From contig JALVSY010000007.1 of NCBI GenBank assembly GCA_027036135.1, forward strand, positions 740,880 to 804,879: a DNA stretch of 64,000 nucleotides, in the 5' to 3' direction. How positions within the stretch are numbered: position 1 is the stretch's first letter; each line of letters starts with the position of its first letter. The notes below the pieces were generated by a model. That model had not been told where the DNA came from, did no database searches, and was given only the letters and a program-made list of their open reading frames with translations. This DNA is from Pyrodictiaceae archaeon (GTDB taxonomy: Archaea > Thermoproteota > Thermoprotei_A > Sulfolobales > Pyrodictiaceae). This document shows positions 28,692 to 38,159 of the stretch, one piece after another. Position numbers and translations under genes: made by a program.

Positions 28692-29341
28692 TGGCGCCTG
28701 TACTTGAGGCACGCAATATATGGAAGGCATATCGGCCCCGAGACTGGGTTTTACGCGGCATAGACCTAACAATTAACACAAGCGACTTCGTGGTAATTGT
28801 CGGCCCCAATGGAAGCGGGAAAACAACCTTTTTAAAAATAGTATCCGGGCTTCTACGCCCCAGCAAAGGCGATATAAAGATATGTGGGCATAAACCTTGG
28901 AGCATCGAAGCCAAGAAGTGTAGAGGAGTTGTCATGCACTGGAGCTTCCTCTATGACGAATTAACTGTTGCAGAAAACCTTAGCTTCTATGCCACTCTTA
29001 GCGGTATACAAAAATATGCACCATATCGAGACAAGATTGTCCACACACTGGGTCTAAATAAGAGACTTCATCAATTAGTGGCGTGGCTCAGCTTCGGATG
29101 GCGGAAAAGAACCGATTTGGCTAGATCATTGCTTGGAGAGCCTAAGTTATTAATACTAGATGAGCCGTTAACAGGACTTGACCCAGATGCTAGCACACGA
29201 CTACTAGAATCACTAAGAGACTACGTTGATAAAGGAGGAGCAATACTTGCTGCAACCCCTAAGGGTGAGGAAGAACTGTTAAAGAGTGCTACCAGAGTAT
29301 ATGAGCTTGCTAATGGGAAACTTATAGAGTCTAGAACATAG
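28691..29341 (+). CDS. ccmA: Heme exporter ATP-binding protein CcmA
   Basis: GPNGSGKTT, LSFGWRKR, LILDEP; inside ccm cluster. Confidence 0.82.
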   Translation: MAPVLEARNIWKAYRPRDWVLRGIDLTINTSDFVVIVGPNGSGKTTFLKIVSGLLRPSKGDIKICGHKPWSIEAKKCRGVVMHWSFLYDELTVAENLSFYATLSGIQKYAPYRDKIVHTLGLNKRLHQLVAWLSFGWRKRTDLARSLLGEPKLLILDEPLTGLDPDASTRLLESLRDYVDKGGAILAATPKGEEELLKSATRVYELANGKLIESRT

Positions 29342-29390
29342 GTTCCTTATTCAATATGATGTATAGTCCTGGCTACAAACGGAGATAGAG

Positions 29391-30467
29391 GTGCTGGAAT
29401 TGACGAATATCAATAAATATGGCTACATATTAGCAATAATCTTCATAATCGATGCTATTATTAGTAGCTATGCTGTCCTAAAAGCGCCTTACCCTGCATT
29501 CGTGAATCTAGGCAGCCCCGCTGCCTATCTAAATATTTACATCCATGTCCCCGTGGCTATGAACAGCTACGTGCTCTATACCGGTGCCTTTATAGCCGCA
29601 ATACTCTACTTAGCCAAACGAGAAGAACGCTATGATAAGTACGTCTATGCATTCACCCTCGTGGCTACACTATACGCTGCTTATACCCTAGTATCTGGTA
29701 GCATGTGGGCGCACGAATCATGGGGTTCCTACTGGAACTGGGACCCAAGAGAGACCGGTGTACTATTATTATTCTTATCATATCTCGTCTATTTCGCGCT
29801 CCGCTCAAGCATAGTCGACCCAGATAGAAAGCCCGTCGTATCATCGACCTACGCCATTGCCGCTTATGCAATGGTTCCAATAAGCTATGCTGCGCCAAGA
29901 ATAGCGAGTTCAAGCCTACACCCAACTATGACGCTCCTTCAGGGCTTCATGGAGCAACTTGAGGTAAGGGCAATACTTTATACAAAGATAATACTAGTTT
30001 TACTAATAGGCCTTTTAGCGGTAAAACTATACGTTGACAAAGAGCATTTATCGCAAAATTCTAAGAGAGCACTAAAAATAGCCATTCTCATCTCCATAAT
30101 CATTATCATAGCCGTTGCAAGTTACTTATCCTCACAATACGCCGGAGGAAAAATTACTAGAGTATACGCTGTATTTGGATCTCCTTTGAGTGCTAAGCTA
30201 TTAGTCAGGGAAGGAAACAGTTTCGTAAATATCTCTGTAGCAGAAAAACTAACCAAATACGTTGTTGCGGGGAGAATAGCTCTAGTGGGCCATATTATCA
30301 AGTTAATAGGCTTACATGGAAATAGAGCTGAGAAAATCGAAATACTTATACCTAGTTGCGTGATACTCGATTTTATATTTTACGCCCTATTTATTTCGGG
30401 ACTAGGCTATATCCTTCTTCACAAGAAAAAAATTGTAGGGGAGGAGGAGTATGAAGAGCAAGGCTAA
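29391..30467 (+). CDS. ccmC: Heme exporter/chaperone CcmC with C-terminal extension
   Basis: IYIHVP, SGSMWAHESWGSYWNWDPRET, LHP. Confidence 0.9.
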   Translation: MLELTNINKYGYILAIIFIIDAIISSYAVLKAPYPAFVNLGSPAAYLNIYIHVPVAMNSYVLYTGAFIAAILYLAKREERYDKYVYAFTLVATLYAAYTLVSGSMWAHESWGSYWNWDPRETGVLLLFLSYLVYFALRSSIVDPDRKPVVSSTYAIAAYAMVPISYAAPRIASSSLHPTMTLLQGFMEQLEVRAILYTKIILVLLIGLLAVKLYVDKEHLSQNSKRALKIAILISIIIIIAVASYLSSQYAGGKITRVYAVFGSPLSAKLLVREGNSFVNISVAEKLTKYVVAGRIALVGHIIKLIGLHGNRAEKIEILIPSCVILDFIFYALFISGLGYILLHKKKIVGEEEYEEQG

Positions 30468-30858
30468 ATTATTCTCAATCGCTGCCGCACTATTTGTTAT
30501 ATTTGCTGGGATAGGTTATTATGCTGTAAAAAGTAGTTCATACATGGATGTCTCCCAAGTACTAAAACTTAATCACCGAGCCGAGGTTACTGTCAAAGGG
30601 CGTCTCGTAGGTACGCAGTATAACGCACGTGCAGGAGAGTTATATATATTACTTGAGGGGAAGAATGGGGCGAAACTGGTTGCGATTGCTAATGCAAAGT
30701 ACATAGAGGAAAAATATGGCCCTATACAGTACCTTCAATGGGACCCAAATAATGTTGTTATACAAGGAATATACGATCCTCATCAACATGTCTTAATAGT
30801 AACGAATATCCTTGAAGGGTGCCATAGTAACTATAATCAGCCAGCTACACGAGCATAG
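30451..30858 (+). CDS. ccmE: Heme chaperone CcmE, CxxxY variant
   Basis: N-terminal TM, OB-fold-like VTVKGRLV..VVIQG, C-terminal GCHSNY. Confidence 0.75.
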   Translation: MKSKAKLFSIAAALFVIFAGIGYYAVKSSSYMDVSQVLKLNHRAEVTVKGRLVGTQYNARAGELYILLEGKNGAKLVAIANAKYIEEKYGPIQYLQWDPNNVVIQGIYDPHQHVLIVTNILEGCHSNYNQPATRA

Positions 30859-30976
30859 ATAATATGAATCCAAGTCCAGGCTCAACTTATTTCTACATCT
30901 CCTTAGTTCTCGGGTCAAGAACATTAGGATTAGCAGACAATCACTAAATGTATGCAACAACGCCTGGGGAAGGGAA

Positions 30977-31651
30977 GTGGAACAACTAGTTGCATTGCTT
31001 AGAAAAGATGTACTGATTATTAGCAGACGTTGGCATGAACTAGCCTCGCTTATCATAATATCGATCGTCATAGGAATAGGCGTGGCTTATATGATATCGG
31101 GGCCCTTGGCTCCGCTGGCTGAGCGGCTTGATGCAACTGTAGTGGTGGCTGCAGGACAAATAATAGTTTATTTCATAATATCCATAGCTACGGGTTTTAT
31201 AGCAGTATTGCGAGAAGCTGAAAAAGGGACCCTTGATGGCTTGCGAGCTTCTCCTCTTAGCCCGGAGACTCTTTTTGTGGCAAAGCTGATTTATGTATAT
31301 TTGATAATAATTGTTTTATCCTTTGCATATTCCCTTGCTACCATCTTCTTTTCTGGGTATACTAGTATCTTTAATACGAGCTATATAGTGCTTAGTCTCT
31401 CTATAAGTCTTTATTTCGCGTCAGCAACTGCTTTAACCTCCTTTATGATAATCTATAGTGAAGCACGTAGCCTTCTCTCAATGGTGGTTTTATCTGGGTT
31501 GCTTGCTCCATTTCTACAAGAGGCTGATAGGGCGCTAGCAGCAGCTGCGGCAGGAACTGCGACTGGAGGCCAAGCTGCACAGATACTTGGAGCAGCATTA
31601 GCATTCGCGGTTATAGCTACTATATTGTCGAAGCCGCTCTCAGAGATCTAA
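30977..31651 (+). CDS. ccmB: Heme exporter permease CcmB
   Basis: LLRKDVLI, REAEKGTLDGLRASP, AK; six TM segments; ccm context. Confidence 0.82.
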   Translation: MEQLVALLRKDVLIISRRWHELASLIIISIVIGIGVAYMISGPLAPLAERLDATVVVAAGQIIVYFIISIATGFIAVLREAEKGTLDGLRASPLSPETLFVAKLIYVYLIIIVLSFAYSLATIFFSGYTSIFNTSYIVLSLSISLYFASATALTSFMIIYSEARSLLSMVVLSGLLAPFLQEADRALAAAAAGTATGGQAAQILGAALAFAVIATILSKPLSEI

Positions 31652-31721
31652 GGAAGCGCGTGGCCGTTCAGAGGCTTTATTTAAGCGGTTTACATAAAAA
31701 GACTTAATTATTCAGCTGTAC

Positions 31722-33242
31722 TCAAGAGGAATTTTGTCTTTTCCTCCTAGGAGGCTCCAGAGGACTTAGTCCTAGTCTTCTTCTAACCCTATTCACAACG
31801 CGGTAGAGTGTTTCGTAGTCTACTTGGTCGTCGCTTATCATGCCTAGGCTGTATTTCTGCTTACAGCTCTCGCACATGAGTAGTTGCGGCATCTTTTCCG
31901 GGTGATGGCCTTTTAGTATTAGTCTCTCAATAGTCTTCTCTATCATTGCTGCTGCTCCTAGCGGCTCGCCGCATACTATGCAACGAAGGCTCTCTTTAAG
32001 GACCAGGGGGGTCCATGTATTTATTAGGTTAGCGTTTACGGCCTTAGATACGCTCAAGGCGTTCTCCGGGCATATCTCCTCACAATAGCCACAAGCTATA
32101 CAACGGTCATGTAGAAATAGCAGAGCAGAGACATCGCTTGCTTCTTTAACAACAAGAGCATTAGCTGGGCATTCGTAAGCACATGCCCCGCAGAGAGTAC
32201 ACTTTTCTGTATCAATTTTCAGCACAGAGCTAAATCCCGTGGAAAGATCCGCTGCTATTCCGAGCTTTTTTAGAACGGCTAGGGCTAGTGGCCTGAGTCC
32301 ACGTGAGAGGTACTGACTGGGGTTATTGATGCTATATACTCGTGGCTCTCCTTTTATGAGCACCTTTACCTCATCTAGGCTATGGAGCAAGCGAAGGCTT
32401 GTCACCTTGACATAGTCTGACTCAACCATGTCCTTATAGGGGGCTCGGGACTCTCTGCATCTCTTTACCTCTCTTTCCCACCCTGCCTCTATAATAACTG
32501 GCTGTAATCCTACAGCGTGAAGCGCAAGAAGCTCTTCGAGACCAATTACGTATGGACAGGAGACCGGAACTATCACTACTGGGGCTTTTGTCTTATTAAT
32601 GGACTCTAAGAGAGCGGCTATAGAGCTGCGAGGCACTATGAGTGCGTAGCCAGGCTTTCCCAGCGGCACTATACTGCGCAAGGCATCGCGGAGCCCTGAT
32701 CTCGTATAGCCGGGGAGATAGAGTAATTCTATTCCACAAATCGCTGCAGAGACAGGACACCCCCCACTAATATTGCACACTGAAAGGCATTCTTCACAAT
32801 ATTTCTCCACTGCTGGATGCCTGCACAGAGTGACGTCCTCTATGGGTCTCTCCGTATACTCCATCGCTGTACCAATTACTGTTCCTCTTAGTAATGCCCT
32901 CCGAGTTACTCTCTTTTCTGCACCACCGAGCTCGCTGAAGGCCTCCTCTGCAGGCCTTCTCGCAGTATATGCTATGCGAGAAAGAAGCAAACGCCCCCAG
33001 CTAATACCCGCAAGTTCAGCTTCTCGAGGATCAATCGCCTCTAAGAGGTAGTAGTTTTCAGCATTTATTCTCATCTCCCTAGCTAGCTCAGAATATAAGT
33101 TCCAGGCACCAGTTCCTACTAGTATAACTTTATCATTATTATTGAGGACTATCTGGCGAGCTTTCTTCTTGGCCTCTTCTTGGCTTCCTACCCGTATAGC
33201 GCCTGGGGCCTCAACCGAGTCAAAGACTATAGCTTTGACCAT
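31722..33242 (-). CDS. Polyferredoxin-type 4Fe-4S binding protein
   Basis: CTLCGACAYECP, CIACGYCEEICP, CIVCG..CESCK, further Cys clusters N-terminally. Confidence 0.75.
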   Translation of the reverse strand: MVKAIVFDSVEAPGAIRVGSQEEAKKKARQIVLNNNDKVILVGTGAWNLYSELAREMRINAENYYLLEAIDPREAELAGISWGRLLLSRIAYTARRPAEEAFSELGGAEKRVTRRALLRGTVIGTAMEYTERPIEDVTLCRHPAVEKYCEECLSVCNISGGCPVSAAICGIELLYLPGYTRSGLRDALRSIVPLGKPGYALIVPRSSIAALLESINKTKAPVVIVPVSCPYVIGLEELLALHAVGLQPVIIEAGWEREVKRCRESRAPYKDMVESDYVKVTSLRLLHSLDEVKVLIKGEPRVYSINNPSQYLSRGLRPLALAVLKKLGIAADLSTGFSSVLKIDTEKCTLCGACAYECPANALVVKEASDVSALLFLHDRCIACGYCEEICPENALSVSKAVNANLINTWTPLVLKESLRCIVCGEPLGAAAMIEKTIERLILKGHHPEKMPQLLMCESCKQKYSLGMISDDQVDYETLYRVVNRVRRRLGLSPLEPPRRKRQNSS

Positions 33243-33326
33243 TAAAGACTACCTCCGAAAAATATGTGCTGAAAGGAGGGTAATAAGAGAGCAAGGAAAA
33301 GATGAAAAAGATAGCATGATTAAAAA

Positions 33327-34007
33327 TCAGTGACGACGGGCAAGAGCGATAGCTGCTATTATTATTCCTATGATGAGCACTGCTATTCCGGCGTATAGCC
33401 CCGTTTTTATCATTTTGTGTAAGTGGCTGCTATACGGCTTCACCGTCCTCCAGGCCGTCTCAGTGATAGTTGGGGGCGGGGTTGTATATGCCTTTTTGGA
33501 TACTGTTGTAGTGGTTGACGTAGTAGTTGTACTAGTGGTCGTAGTAGTTGTTGTCTTTGTAGTTGTAGTAGTTACCGTGGTAGTCGTGGTAGTGGTTTTT
33601 GCTGTAGTTGTTGTCTTTGCCGTACTAGTAGTAGTCGCTGCTCCCGCTTTCGCCTCCTCGAATACCTGCTTAAAGAAGTCATATAGTAGCTTAAAGTCTT
33701 GATTACTTAGTCCCCCTGCATAACTTCTCATTTGCTGCATAAGCTGCTCATAGCTACTTGCTTGTTTATACTCATGTGCGACGGCCTCATCAAGAGTCTT
33801 GTATTTCTTAGCCCATCCCTTTATGATTTTGACTAGTTGATCAAACGATGGAGCCACTTGACCGTTATGACATGTTGCACAATGGGCTTGAAATATTTGT
33901 TTCACTTTCGCTTCATTAGCTGTTTGGCTAGCGGCTATCCCTATACCAAGCATTAATAGAGCCATTACTACAAGCCCAAGGATGCTTCTTGCACCGGCGC
34001 GGGCCAT
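33327..34007 (-). CDS. Monoheme cytochrome c with Thr-rich linker and C-terminal TM anchor
   Basis: Signal peptide, CATCHNG, poly-Thr tract, hydrophobic C-terminus followed by RRH. Confidence 0.85.
   Translation of the reverse strand: MARAGARSILGLVVMALLMLGIGIAASQTANEAKVKQIFQAHCATCHNGQVAPSFDQLVKIIKGWAKKYKTLDEAVAHEYKQASSYEQLMQQMRSYAGGLSNQDFKLLYDFFKQVFEEAKAGAATTTSTAKTTTTAKTTTTTTTVTTTTTKTTTTTTTSTTTTSTTTTVSKKAYTTPPPTITETAWRTVKPYSSHLHKMIKTGLYAGIAVLIIGIIIAAIALARRH
33500..33636 (-). repeat. Low-complexity ACN codon tract encoding poly-Thr linker
   Basis: TTTSTAKTTTTAKTTTTTTTVTTTTTKTTTTTTTSTTTTSTTTTV. Confidence 0.8.
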
Positions 34008-34023
34008 ATTCCATCCTCCTCAG

Positions 34024-34037
34024 TTAACGAGCGTTAA
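34024..34037. promoter_or_regulatory. Palindrome TTAACGAGCGTTAA between TATA box and start of monoheme cytochrome gene
   Basis: Minus strand reads TTTTATATACCC-TAA-TTAACGCTCGTTAA-CTGAGGAGG..ATG. Confidence 0.5.
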
Positions 34038-34054
34038 TTAGGGTATATAAAAAA

Positions 34055-35332
34055 CTAGTGTGCACTATTTTCGGGTACAGTTGCTGTCTTAATACCCGGT
34101 TTGAAATAGTGAGTCATTACTGCCTTTATCGCTGGTCTTGCTAGCCATAGATAAATCATTATTCCTAGCGCATGCACGCCCAGCGCTATACCATACTCTA
34201 TTGGTGTTGGGTGGTACGGTCTTATTTCTCCTAGCGTGCTAGGCGTGAATCCCGGGACGAGTGTAGCTAAGGTCTTTTCGGATGTTACTGCTATTATTGT
34301 GAGTATTGCTATAAAGGCCATTGCTCCCTTGCTCCTATGAGTTGATGGTATAAAGCTTAGCAGCACTGCCGCTACTGCAAAACTTATCCATATCCATTCA
34401 AGCACTGCTAAGTAAGGCAAATGTAGACCATAGAATAGGTTTCTTGCTTGTGCCCATTTCATCGGCTCCGTAGTGTACCAGAATATTTCCTGTGCATCGC
34501 TGAAGGTGAAGTAGAGTCCCACTATTAGTCCTCCTGCGATAATGTATATTATCTTTTTATACATTTCTGCGCTAACGCTGAATCCATCGATGTATCTCTC
34601 AGCAAGATATATCGCCAGCAGAACCATTGCTGGCCCAGCAGCCAACGCCGTAGCCACAAAGCTTGGCGCCAAGAGTGATGTATTCCAGATCGGGCGTGCT
34701 CTTAGTGCCTGGAAGATGAATCCCGTCACCGTGTGTATACCTATAGCGAATGGCGCTGCTAGCACTATGTATGGTATGATAAATTTCTTTGGCAAAGGTT
34801 TGTCCTGCCGATAGTAATGTATAGTCACATAGACCGCTACCAGGTTTATCGTTAGATATGTTGAGATCACTATGAAGTCCCAGTCTAGCATTGAATGGAG
34901 ATTTGGCAGGAATGGTAACTCGAACATAGCCCTTATAGGCCTACCCAGATCAGCAAAACCGACTAAGGCTAGCACTATTATCAGTGCTGCTACTGCTTGC
35001 ACCTCGCCTAGCACTGCTATCTTGAGGAGCTCCTTATCCTGGAAGATGTAAGCAGCTACGCCAAATGCTATCCCCGCAGCCGCTACGCCAACCCAGTATA
35101 TGAAGAACGCTATATAGAGACCCCATGGATCGCTGTCATTCATACCTGTTAGCGCTAATCCACCATAATCCGTATGCAGAAATACTGGCGCGTGCTGTAT
35201 GAAGAACCATAGGTAGAAGCCGTATAGGAATATCAGCGTTAGGCCAACCATTGCTAAGTAGTAGCGCTTACTGCCCTTGAACCCATCCTTTATTATTATG
35301 ACGAATGTATCCCACCAGTCCTTCCAGCTCAC
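34055..35332 (-). CDS. NrfD/PsrC/DsrP-family quinol-interacting membrane subunit
   Basis: TGMND..PWGLYIA, ADLGRP.R, WDF, IHTVT, ARPIWNT.LLAP.FVATA; about 10 TM. Confidence 0.9.
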   Translation of the reverse strand: MSWKDWWDTFVIIIKDGFKGSKRYYLAMVGLTLIFLYGFYLWFFIQHAPVFLHTDYGGLALTGMNDSDPWGLYIAFFIYWVGVAAAGIAFGVAAYIFQDKELLKIAVLGEVQAVAALIIVLALVGFADLGRPIRAMFELPFLPNLHSMLDWDFIVISTYLTINLVAVYVTIHYYRQDKPLPKKFIIPYIVLAAPFAIGIHTVTGFIFQALRARPIWNTSLLAPSFVATALAAGPAMVLLAIYLAERYIDGFSVSAEMYKKIIYIIAGGLIVGLYFTFSDAQEIFWYTTEPMKWAQARNLFYGLHLPYLAVLEWIWISFAVAAVLLSFIPSTHRSKGAMAFIAILTIIAVTSEKTLATLVPGFTPSTLGEIRPYHPTPIEYGIALGVHALGIMIYLWLARPAIKAVMTHYFKPGIKTATVPENSAH

Positions 35333-36432
35333 TTAGAGCCACCTCCATTCTGTGCCTCCTTACTTGTACTAGCAGCACCTTCTCTAGGAGGTGTGCGTGC
35401 AGGCCCAAAGAAATAGAAGAACTTTGGATGAGTACCTGCGTCGGGTTTCAACACGAAGAGACCATATTCCTCTGCTATTCTCCGTATGGGGCTGTTGGGA
35501 TCATTCAAGTTACCAAATACCCTAGCACCAACTGGGCAGACCTCTACACACGCTGGCACGCCACCGTCACGCGTGCGCTGTATACACCAAGTACACTTCT
35601 CCATGACATGTATCTGCCTAGGCACGTTACCGAGTATGTGCATGTTCGGATTCAGTTCCAGCACTGGTATATAGGGCTTCTTCCAATTGAAGCGCCTAGC
35701 TCCATAGGGACATGCTACCTCACAGTACCTGCACCCGATACAGCGATCATAGTCTATTACTACTATCCCGTCTGGCTCCTTGAACGTCGCTCTAACGGGA
35801 CAAACCATAACGCATGGCGGCTTCTCACAATGCATACAAGCTATTGGTATATAGACCTTATCCTTCTTCGGCCCTTCCTTATAGTACCACTGTGAGCCAA
35901 GCAAGTCCTGGAACTCCATTCTATTGGCTTCAAGTACTCTTATCCATTCTATGTGCAGGTTCCGGGCCTGGTTGTTCTCCATGACGCAAGCGTAGACACA
36001 GCGGCGGCACCCAATACACTTGTTGAGATCAAGGGCCATAGCGTATCTGACGCCTTTCTTTGGCGGTGTTGCTTTTACTACTAAAAGCTTACACTTTTGC
36101 TTGACTAGTTTGCACTCCTCGGATGATTCGCCGTATTTCTCGCAAACCTTTCTTGCCTCTTTTTGGCACCACTTCTTTAGCTTCGCTTCTTTCTTCTTGG
36201 CTCTTTTCTCTAGAGCCGATTGTGAATCTGAGGGGCCTCCTAGCGGGTAATCCAGCATGCCCTCTAGTTTTACTGGCTTCAGAACCTTCATTAACTTCTC
36301 CTTATCAACAAGAGGTATACTTGTAATCGCAGCCCCTACAGCCATTAATTTGAGAACATCCCTACGCTTCTCATCTATCTTTCCATTATTCATGGCATCT
36401 TTATTGTTATCGTTTTTAACATCACGGTTCAT
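35329..36432 (-). CDS. NrfC/DsrO-family 4x[4Fe-4S] subunit with twin-arginine signal
   Basis: KRRDVLK; CIGCRRCVYAC, CMHCEKPPCVMVCP, CIGCRYCEVACP, EKCTWC..PACVEVCP; GGAGGTGA SD before ATG 36432. Confidence 0.92.
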   Translation of the reverse strand: MNRDVKNDNNKDAMNNGKIDEKRRDVLKLMAVGAAITSIPLVDKEKLMKVLKPVKLEGMLDYPLGGPSDSQSALEKRAKKKEAKLKKWCQKEARKVCEKYGESSEECKLVKQKCKLLVVKATPPKKGVRYAMALDLNKCIGCRRCVYACVMENNQARNLHIEWIRVLEANRMEFQDLLGSQWYYKEGPKKDKVYIPIACMHCEKPPCVMVCPVRATFKEPDGIVVIDYDRCIGCRYCEVACPYGARRFNWKKPYIPVLELNPNMHILGNVPRQIHVMEKCTWCIQRTRDGGVPACVEVCPVGARVFGNLNDPNSPIRRIAEEYGLFVLKPDAGTHPKFFYFFGPARTPPREGAASTSKEAQNGGGSK

Positions 36433-36439
36433 AAGGGGG

Positions 36440-37183
36440 TCACCTCCTTGAACCAGAGTCGCCATGCCTAGAGGCAGAAGGAGCATAGTGCACAACAAAA
36501 GCAATTCCAACAACTATTAACCCGCCAACTAGAGCTAATACATCACCAATAGCTATACTGGTCTCCTTTGGTGGAGCGGGTCTTTCGGATGGTGTCGGCA
36601 GTATATTTAGTGGCTTAACTACTGGGTCGTGTGGATTATGGCACTCCACACATGCCCTCGCTGGCACCGTTTCCAAATGCTTATAGCCGTCGGGGCATAT
36701 GTGATAGTAATAGTTGACACCCTTATAGCCATGGATTATTATTACTTTTCCTCCAGGACATGTAAATGTCTTATTACCATGTATAAGGTCTAAGTAGTCC
36801 TGGTATTCTCTAGGATGGCAGATGGCACAGAGCTTGTTTGTTTGCATTACTAATGTTCTGTTATGGAAGCCAGGAATGTAGACTCTGGCACCGCCTCTTA
36901 GGTTTATGAATGTTGGTGGTATGTGGCAATTCGCGCAATAAAGTCCTCGGTGAGGGCCTTTAGTTAGATCTATGTGATGGAAGGGTACTTTCTTTACCAT
37001 GCCATTTAAGTACGGCATATGTGCATGGCACTTTGTACAAGGATATATACTCTTATAGTACTCAAATAGTTGCTTGTTCTTCGTACTGTTACTAGCTGCG
37101 TGCGCTATACTCATGCCTGCTAACATGATTATTACTAGTGATAACGTTAGCGCGATAGTTGTTCTTCTTAGCATATACCTCAC
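36440..37183 (-). CDS. Tetraheme cytochrome c, membrane anchored
   Basis: CTKCH, CANCH, CAICH, CVECH; signal peptide; C-terminal TM. Confidence 0.88.
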   Translation of the reverse strand: MRYMLRRTTIALTLSLVIIMLAGMSIAHAASNSTKNKQLFEYYKSIYPCTKCHAHMPYLNGMVKKVPFHHIDLTKGPHRGLYCANCHIPPTFINLRGGARVYIPGFHNRTLVMQTNKLCAICHPREYQDYLDLIHGNKTFTCPGGKVIIIHGYKGVNYYYHICPDGYKHLETVPARACVECHNPHDPVVKPLNILPTPSERPAPPKETSIAIGDVLALVGGLIVVGIAFVVHYAPSASRHGDSGSRR

Positions 37184-37457
37184 CCCGGCAAGGAAACCCG
37201 CGAACTGAACGCCGACCTGTACCCTATGTCTTCCTTGGTCAAAGGCTAAGGGATCAGCCTAGGTAAAAGATATTGGCCCGCAAAAATTTGGTCGGAGTAA
37301 GATAATTCGTATAAGAGGATAACAGTGCCATAAGAGCAGTATCCATGACCTCCCCCTCACGATTACTACGCTTAATTAGATTAATTAGACTAAATGATAT
37401 TAAAGCCTAAGGCGTATTTACAATAAATGCCGAAATGATTAGTTTAGGGTGTGATAT

Positions 37458-38159
37458 ATGAAACACATTATAATGTTTGCTATTATTGTTGCCCTTATTA
37501 TAATGATCGGTTTGACAAGCTATCAATATGCACGTGCAATGAGTTCGGGTGCTCCTTCTCTGAATTGCGTGCAATGCCACCGCGGCGCAGAGAAAAGACC
37601 AGCTACATTTATTATAGAGGGGTTGCCAAAGAAATATACACCTAGTAAGATATATACAATAATAATAAAGATAACAAATGGACCAAAATGTAATCCGAAT
37701 ATCGCATGCGGTGGCTTTGCTGTAAAAGTGAATTCGGGCAAACTGATAGTGACAGATCCTAAAGATACTCAAATACGGGCCTCGCCCATGGGGGAGATAA
37801 TCACACATACTAAACAAGGCTCAAAGAAACGTGAATGGAGCTTTGAATGGAAGGCCCCAAAGACCATGAGGCCCGTAACCTTTGAAATATCGGTGCTCGC
37901 CGCCAACGGTGATGGAAGCCCACTAGGCGATGCCTTTGCACAAAAGATCATCACTATTCAACCAGTATCGGTCACAACAAGTACAATAACTATGAACAAG
38001 ACTAAGAATCCAACAATTACCAAAATAACACCAAAGACGCAACCCTACACGATTACTACAAAAAAACAAGAAAAACGCAACACCCTAGTAGCAACTGCAT
38101 CAGCAATACTCCTATTTGTACTAGCTACAGCTGCATACCTATTTGTTATTCGAAAATAG
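37458..38159 (+). CDS. Monoheme (CxxCH) Reeler-like / choice-of-anchor V domain surface protein
   Basis: Signal, CVQCH, GLPKKYTP...GGF...ITHT..WSFEWKAP...AANGDG...GD, Thr/Lys-rich linker, C-terminal TM. Confidence 0.72.
   Translation: MKHIIMFAIIVALIIMIGLTSYQYARAMSSGAPSLNCVQCHRGAEKRPATFIIEGLPKKYTPSKIYTIIIKITNGPKCNPNIACGGFAVKVNSGKLIVTDPKDTQIRASPMGEIITHTKQGSKKREWSFEWKAPKTMRPVTFEISVLAANGDGSPLGDAFAQKIITIQPVSVTTSTITMNKTKNPTITKITPKTQPYTITTKKQEKRNTLVATASAILLFVLATAAYLFVIRK

Noticed and set aside
33370-33702. Poly-Val plus-strand ORF
   Set aside because: Antisense of the poly-Thr linker
34055-36432. Dissimilatory sulfite reduction (dsrMKJOP) assignment
   Set aside because: Only DsrO/P-like subunits are present; no dsrAB, dsrC, dsrM or dsrK in the window
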